From NCBI GenBank assembly GCA_963664815.2, contig CAXXHB010000003.1, positions 3,040,001 to 3,104,000 of the forward strand: DNA of 64,000 bases, read 5' to 3'. The notes below the pieces were generated by a model. It was given only the letters and a program-made list of their open reading frames with translations, was not told where the DNA came from and did not search any database. This DNA is from Spirochaetota bacterium (GTDB lineage: Bacteria > Spirochaetota > UBA4802 > UBA5550). Below, piece after piece: positions 58,544 to 64,000 of the stretch (positions are counted from its first letter, which is position 1; each line of letters opens with the position of its first letter). A program made the position numbers and the translations under genes.

Positions 58544-60163
58544 TCATATAGCTGCACCTAATACGCTGCAGAGTTCCTTTACCACATCATAACCTGTTTT
58601 TATTGCACTTGCGGCTTCAGCTATTACCGGCGCTCCCCCTGATGCTGCTTCCTTTATTTTTTTCTCCCTGAGGGCATCTTTAGCTTTTATAAGTTTATCA
58701 AGAGATGTATCGTCACATACGGCAATATCCAGGCCTTTCATTCTGATTTCAACATCATCACAATAGTCCTCATTCTTCTTTAATTCAGCCATAACATCAT
58801 TGCAATGCTTCTTCATCTTCTGAAGTTCAGGCCAGAGTATAACCGCCGCCTTTACCTGTGACCCTTTAAACATTGCCTCAAACTTAATAAGTTCTTTCAA
58901 CTCCTTATCCAGATTCCCTCTTGCACCCGCAAGAAATATCTTGTAACGCCTGCGACGATTTTCGGCATCTGCTGTTTTTTCCACAGAATCTGCAAATTTC
59001 ATTTTGAGTGTATTAAGGAGTTTGTCTTTTGCGGCGGCCTTAGTACGCATCGCAGTATCAATAATACTTTTTATAGTAGACTTCCCATGCGATTTATTTT
59101 CAGAATATATATCCTCCACCGCTGTATAAACGTTTTCAGATACCTTTATAAAGTCATCAATTGACCGGTTAAGATTTTCCCTCAATTCAGGTTCCTTCTT
59201 TCTGATATCCTGGATAATGTTCCATATGTTTTTCACATTGGATGCAATTGAAATGTAGGCGGAAAAATCAGTACCTCCGGTCAGATACAGTTTAACACCC
59301 TCTGTAGTCATTTTAATTGTTGCAAGTACGGTTTTAGCAGCGCATTTCACCTTCCATTCCGTGCGGAGTTTTGACTCCTGGTTTTCCTTTGCAAGCGCTT
59401 CAAGGATGGCCTTCTCAACCGCGCTGTTAACTGCGGTTTCATCAACCATTTTCTTCAGTTCTTCATCCGTGTCGTTTATTAACTTTTCGAGACTTGACAT
59501 TCCTCCGGTATGACCTGCTACCTTTTCCCCCAGATCTCTGACCTTCTTGCGCATTGACCTGCCGATATTTTCCTGGATACCTGCAGCAATCTCTTTCATC
59601 CTTTTTTCCTGGGCAGAGCTCAGTTTCGCCCCGTTTATCTCAACATTTATAGTTATACTGTAACCGTTGCCTATATCCAGCATTTTAACCAGATTGACCG
59701 GAAGATCACCTTTGGCAAGAGCATAATATGCCGGAAGGGTAATTACAGTTCCTCCGGATAAGTCTTCTGTCTTTTTTTCTCCAGGTTTAGCCCCTAATGC
59801 AAGCAGGATATCATCATCTTTATACGGTAAAAACCTTGAGGTTTTGCTTTTAATACGAAAATACAGATCTTTCTTTATAAATCCGATTTTGCAATAGGCC
59901 TCCGAAACCGTCTCTTTATCGAGCATGGTCTTATAATCATTAACAAGCTTTTTTGCTTTCGCAAGATCTTCTGAAGATACTTTGTAACCCGCTGCAATTC
60001 TGCTTACAGCGGAATCCCACTGCTGCAGACACATTTTAGGTGTTATTTTTTCACCACCATAGATCACATCAGCTTTCTTCATAGTTTCCGGCAATGCGGG
60101 AGATAACAGGCAGAAAAGAAAAACCGGTATTAATAATAATGTTATATTTCTCATATATTTCAC
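58544..60163 (-). CDS. Secreted, largely alpha-helical hypothetical protein
   Basis: Signal peptide; Lys/Glu-rich helical body; central weakly hydrophobic hairpin. Confidence 0.7.
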   Translation of the reverse strand: MKYMRNITLLLIPVFLFCLLSPALPETMKKADVIYGGEKITPKMCLQQWDSAVSRIAAGYKVSSEDLAKAKKLVNDYKTMLDKETVSEAYCKIGFIKKDLYFRIKSKTSRFLPYKDDDILLALGAKPGEKKTEDLSGGTVITLPAYYALAKGDLPVNLVKMLDIGNGYSITINVEINGAKLSSAQEKRMKEIAAGIQENIGRSMRKKVRDLGEKVAGHTGGMSSLEKLINDTDEELKKMVDETAVNSAVEKAILEALAKENQESKLRTEWKVKCAAKTVLATIKMTTEGVKLYLTGGTDFSAYISIASNVKNIWNIIQDIRKKEPELRENLNRSIDDFIKVSENVYTAVEDIYSENKSHGKSTIKSIIDTAMRTKAAAKDKLLNTLKMKFADSVEKTADAENRRRRYKIFLAGARGNLDKELKELIKFEAMFKGSQVKAAVILWPELQKMKKHCNDVMAELKKNEDYCDDVEIRMKGLDIAVCDDTSLDKLIKAKDALREKKIKEAASGGAPVIAEAASAIKTGYDVVKELCSVLGAAI

Positions 60164-60242
60164 CTTTGTTTCTAAAATCGCTGAATGTAAACCGGATAAT
60201 ACTTTTTATTAACCATGTTTTGTATATCAGTCAGGTTAAATT

Positions 60243-61535
60243 CTATGCCGTGATACTCACCCTGGGGAAATAACAGTACGGTAAAAGTGACGATCCTCTT
60301 CTTTCAACATCCTTTGATATGGCAAATTCTCCCTTCATCATTTCGATTATATTCCCGGAGATCATGCAGTCCTTGACTCGTCCCTTTATCTTCCCATTCT
60401 CCACAAGATACGCAAGGTCCATGTTGGCCGAGAAATCCCCTGTAATAGTATTTGACTGTCCGAGGCCAATAAACTGTTCAGCTACAATACCCCGATCAAT
60501 ACCGGATATTATCTCATGAAAAGATTTCTCTCCATGTTCAATTTCAATCCCGTGAAATGAGGGGGAAGGGAGGGAAGAGTAACCTCTTGAAGCGTTCCCC
60601 GTTGGATCCACGCCAAGCCTCTCAGAATATTTTAAATCATTGATAAAGGTTTCTATGACACCGTTCCTGATAAGAAATTTTTCAGATGTGCATACACCTT
60701 CACTGTCAAAAGGAACACTGTACGGAGAGCCTGCCATATGAGGATTATCTGTCATAGTAAATGATTCGCTGAATATCTTCTCACCTGTCCTGCCTGCAAA
60801 AGGAGAGACGCCTTTCCATACCGATACGCCGTTCAGTCCGGAGGCGATAAATCCTGCCAGTCTACCGAAAGCCTGAGGGGGAAATATTACCGGATACACA
60901 CCTGAATCTATCTTCTCAACTGTTAGCGCCTTATTTATCTTTTCCAGCACAATATTTTTAAGTTCTGAACAGTCCACAGGGCTGAGCTCCGATCTGCTCT
61001 CCCATGTTTCAATCCTTGTGCCGTCAGGCATAATATATGAGCACGAAAGTGAAAGCCCGTAGTAAGACTCACGGTACGAAACATCAATTCCACGTGAATT
61101 CACAAGACGGACTGTACCGGTTGATGATGATATCCCCATGTCAATGCTTATCTGCGGATAGACCGACTTAATGTCATCAATCATCTTTTCCGCCCTGGCA
61201 ATTTCATCCGAAATATTGAATCCAGCAATGGCCTCATCATAGGGTTCAAATGAGGCAGATGCATTGTCCGGAAGAGTAAAATTCTCAACATCTCCGTAAC
61301 TGCACATCGCAAGAGAACGTTTGACTGCATCGGAGATATTCTCAAATTCATTGGTATACGAGAACCCGGTCCTGCTTTCTTTATTTATTCTTATCCCGAA
61401 ACCTGAATTTTCACTTTCAGATATAGAATAAAGCCTGTTATTTTTAAAACTTACCGGAGAGCTTTTCCCTGAAACATAGACGGCGTCATACCATTTTACC
61501 CCTTCCGTAAGGGCGCGTTCTATCTGACTTTTCAT
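60243..61535 (-). CDS. pmbA: PmbA/TldE metalloprotease subunit
   Basis: PFDSEG, TGNASRG, NTITGDFS; no HExxxH motif. Confidence 0.88.
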   Translation of the reverse strand: MKSQIERALTEGVKWYDAVYVSGKSSPVSFKNNRLYSISESENSGFGIRINKESRTGFSYTNEFENISDAVKRSLAMCSYGDVENFTLPDNASASFEPYDEAIAGFNISDEIARAEKMIDDIKSVYPQISIDMGISSSTGTVRLVNSRGIDVSYRESYYGLSLSCSYIMPDGTRIETWESRSELSPVDCSELKNIVLEKINKALTVEKIDSGVYPVIFPPQAFGRLAGFIASGLNGVSVWKGVSPFAGRTGEKIFSESFTMTDNPHMAGSPYSVPFDSEGVCTSEKFLIRNGVIETFINDLKYSERLGVDPTGNASRGYSSLPSPSFHGIEIEHGEKSFHEIISGIDRGIVAEQFIGLGQSNTITGDFSANMDLAYLVENGKIKGRVKDCMISGNIIEMMKGEFAISKDVERRGSSLLPYCYFPRVSITA

Positions 61536-62920
61536 TATCTGCCTCCGACAAGCACATCTTTTATTTTCATATGCGGCCCTCCGAATGAAACCGGGAGAGG
61601 GCTCTGACCGCCCTTACCGCATCCTCCAAGCCCGCCGAACATTTCCCGGTCATTTCCTATCATTGTAATGTTCTTCAGGGTATTGAACACATTACCGGCA
61701 AGCACAACGTCACGCACCATTTTACCAGGTTTGCCGTTCTTCACGATATATCCGTATGGGGCAGTAAAAGTAAACATTTCAAGGTTTGTCTGTCCGCCGA
61801 TTACATCAACGCAGTAGAGACCGTCATCCATTGAGCTGAAAATATCATCCCTGGAATACTCTCCGTTTTCTATATATGTATTGGTCATCCTTACAATCGG
61901 CTGTCTCATGACGCTGATGGCCCTTCCGTTGCCGGTAACGTCTTCATCCATTTTACCGGCAGTTTCACGGGAATGAAGCCTTCCGGAGAGGAGACCGTCT
62001 TTTATCAGTGAAGTTTTCCCGGGTGGTATACCCTCGTCATCAAAGGGAATATATCCCGAACATTCATTCAGAGTTCCGTCATCATATACATTCAGCATTG
62101 ACGGGCCAAAATCCCTGCCGATAACCATTACATCCTTCATCCGGGGATTCTCATATACGAAATCAGCCTCTGACATATGACCGAAGGCTTCGTGTATAAA
62201 TACTCCGCATAATTTCGGGTCTACAATAATATCGTAGGTTCCTCCGGGGACAGGATCGGCATCAAGCATGTCAACCGCTGTTTTCACAACAACATCTGCC
62301 AGATGGTCTTTGTTTTCAACAAGTTCAAATCCGCCATACCCCGAAATTGATTCATGAGATGGCTGAATAATACTGCCCCTTTTTGCAACAGATGCCAGCG
62401 ATATCCCGCAATACATTTTATCATAAGAGAGAAGACTCCCCTCGGAATTCATAAATGTATACTGCGTATAAACATCACGGTAACCTGCCCTGGTTGTCTG
62501 GACAGACTCCGATCCGAGGAGGATATCGTTATATCTTTTCAAAAGCATATATTTTTCATCTGGTGTGACATCCATAAAATTGCGTCTGAATTCCGTTCTG
62601 AACTCACTGCGCAACGGTTTACCGCGCGCAATAACGCCTTTATCAAACGGTGAAACAAGCGATGCCGATGATACAGCTCCGGAGAAAAATCTTTCAAGCA
62701 TTGAGAGATCATTAAATGTGGAAAAACCCCATGATCCGTTTTTTAAAACACGTACAGAACCCGCCACGGACTCGCCGATTGTGAATGAATCGACATTCTC
62801 CCCGGAAAGAGATATGCCTGTTCCAACGCTTGAGGAGATCCTGATCTCTGCATAGTCGCATGACGCGGATTCAAGAATTTTTTTTCCCTTTTCCACTGCT
62901 TCCATATATTTATTATTCAT
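61535..62920 (-). CDS. tldD: TldD metalloprotease
   Basis: FIHEAFGHMSEAD, PIVRMTNTYI, GCGKGGQ..PVSFGGP. Confidence 0.93.
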   Translation of the reverse strand: MNNKYMEAVEKGKKILESASCDYAEIRISSSVGTGISLSGENVDSFTIGESVAGSVRVLKNGSWGFSTFNDLSMLERFFSGAVSSASLVSPFDKGVIARGKPLRSEFRTEFRRNFMDVTPDEKYMLLKRYNDILLGSESVQTTRAGYRDVYTQYTFMNSEGSLLSYDKMYCGISLASVAKRGSIIQPSHESISGYGGFELVENKDHLADVVVKTAVDMLDADPVPGGTYDIIVDPKLCGVFIHEAFGHMSEADFVYENPRMKDVMVIGRDFGPSMLNVYDDGTLNECSGYIPFDDEGIPPGKTSLIKDGLLSGRLHSRETAGKMDEDVTGNGRAISVMRQPIVRMTNTYIENGEYSRDDIFSSMDDGLYCVDVIGGQTNLEMFTFTAPYGYIVKNGKPGKMVRDVVLAGNVFNTLKNITMIGNDREMFGGLGGCGKGGQSPLPVSFGGPHMKIKDVLVGGR

Positions 62921-62955
62921 GTAAACACCTTTATTCTGATTTCTTTACCATTAAT

Positions 62956-63130
62956 AATTACTGAAAAAATTATTATAGCATAAATTTTTCTATTCTCACC
63001 GCCAGAGGCGGAGGTGAGATATAATCGTTCGCTTTATCTGATGTACACAGACCATGCAGAAAAGTTACAGATATGCTATTCTTTATTTCCGTACAACTAT
63101 CTGTGTCTATCTGTGTTCCTCTGCGGCGAA
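62956..63130. repeat. Truncated 105-bp-family MITE followed by a CACAGAT/ATCTGTG-type palindrome
   Basis: TTCTCACCGCC...GGTGAGATATAATCGTT, then ACACAGA...ACAGATA and TATCTGTGTCTATCTGTGTTCCTCTGCGG. Confidence 0.65.
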
Positions 63131-63273
63131 TATTGTTTTTTAAACACAATATTTATGAGAATCTTTCATCAACTCCGGCAAAAAGAGTGAAATTTATCCA
63201 GTACACTCTCTGCAATAAAAGAATTCTGTTTTATGTTATTATACATGATTTAATGGTAAGTTTTTCCAGGTGA

Positions 63274-64000
63274 CTACTGGTATATAATCAGTCCCGGTTC
63301 AGGATACAGGCTCAACACCTGGCGAGGAGTCATAAGCGGCCTGTCATAGTGAACGCCATGCTTACTGGAATAATAGTACCATAACTTGAATCCTTTGTAC
63401 GGGATGTTGACTGCATGGGCATTTCTGCTGTGTGTGCTTATTTTACTCTCCGGGCTCCCCCACCCCGATGTAGCATGGACAAGAATAACAGGATCATAAG
63501 TAGCCCTCGTCTCTTTTATATCCCTTATCATTTTGCTCTGAAACTGATGTACTACCAGCTGACGTTTGCCGGGTATATTATTGGCCGCCATATATTCCTT
63601 CATTTTCTGCTGAGCTTCATTAAGTTCCCTCCCGGTAATTGATCCTACCACTCTCATGGGGTGAGTCGTCCTCCATTCGGGATCGAGGGCAAGGTGAACA
63701 TTGGGGTATTTAAGATACGGGAGCAGTTCCTCGAGCGCCTGGGCTACCGTATATTTCCCTATCTGGTGGTCCAGGTAAACCAGGAATCCGTTTGCAAGGG
63801 CAAAATCAATATACGATTCAAGAAGCTTTTTATCTATAATATTTATCTCCCCGCCAGGCTGACATGTACCGTAAATCAGGTAAAATGCCGGGAGAACGCC
63901 TTTATTTTCAAATAACTTGTCATAAGAAGCCGCCTGTTCCTTCAACATCTCCGCCAATTCGGGAATTTTATAACGCCCCACTATACCCATTATTTTGGAT
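63274..64000 (-). CDS. Conserved hypothetical protein, possibly TIM-barrel/glycosidase-like (5' end probably beyond the window)
   Basis: LDHQIG, VHLALDPEW, LVVHQF, GFKLWY motifs; the frame stays open to the window edge. Confidence 0.65.
   Translation of the reverse strand, partial: SKIMGIVGRYKIPELAEMLKEQAASYDKLFENKGVLPAFYLIYGTCQPGGEINIIDKKLLESYIDFALANGFLVYLDHQIGKYTVAQALEELLPYLKYPNVHLALDPEWRTTHPMRVVGSITGRELNEAQQKMKEYMAANNIPGKRQLVVHQFQSKMIRDIKETRATYDPVILVHATSGWGSPESKISTHSRNAHAVNIPYKGFKLWYYYSSKHGVHYDRPLMTPRQVLSLYPEPGLIIYQ

Overview
A 64-kb bacterial chromosome segment, probably from a spirochaete related to Leptospira (inferred from an LA_1737-like protein and a Leptospira-type TonB/lipoprotein operon). 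It has three parts. (1) 1-15.3 kb is a very AT-rich, minus-strand surface-glycan locus. It holds a B12/radical-SAM enzyme, a GT4, a Wzy/ligase, legionaminic-acid-type genes (legF, ptmE, neuC/legG, neuB/legI, neuD, legC), gmd, metK, an Rmd-like reductase and two EPS-type MarR regulators. A small GIY-YIG nuclease gene sits there inside five palindromic repeats. (2) 15.3-23.3 kb is an accessory strip. Four co-oriented toxin-antitoxin-like modules (HEPN-MNT, AbiEii-like pair, MNT-HEPN, VapBC) and a lipoprotein are punctuated by three co-oriented 98-bp GATT-periodic palindromes. Two paralogous basic proteins with HMG-box-like motifs follow. (3) 23.4-64 kb looks like core genome: ABC exporter, diguanylate cyclase, aromatic-repeat protein, MacAB-TolC with an OmpR/HK pair, TonB operon, DUF2975/XRE, EmrAB-TolC with two TetRs, a 1600-aa GH13-GT5 fusion, holA, and tldD/pmbA. 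At least eight families of palindromic repeats or MITEs are visible, some nested inside each other. Best leads: the repeat-punctuated TA cassette array with no integrase, the GIY-YIG/repeat unit, a candidate sigma28-driven small RNA at about 57.07-57.17 kb, the GH13-GT5 fusion, and the HMG-like protein pair. I found no rRNA, tRNA, CRISPR array, integrase or transposase. Family names come from motif recognition by eye; no database searches were run.
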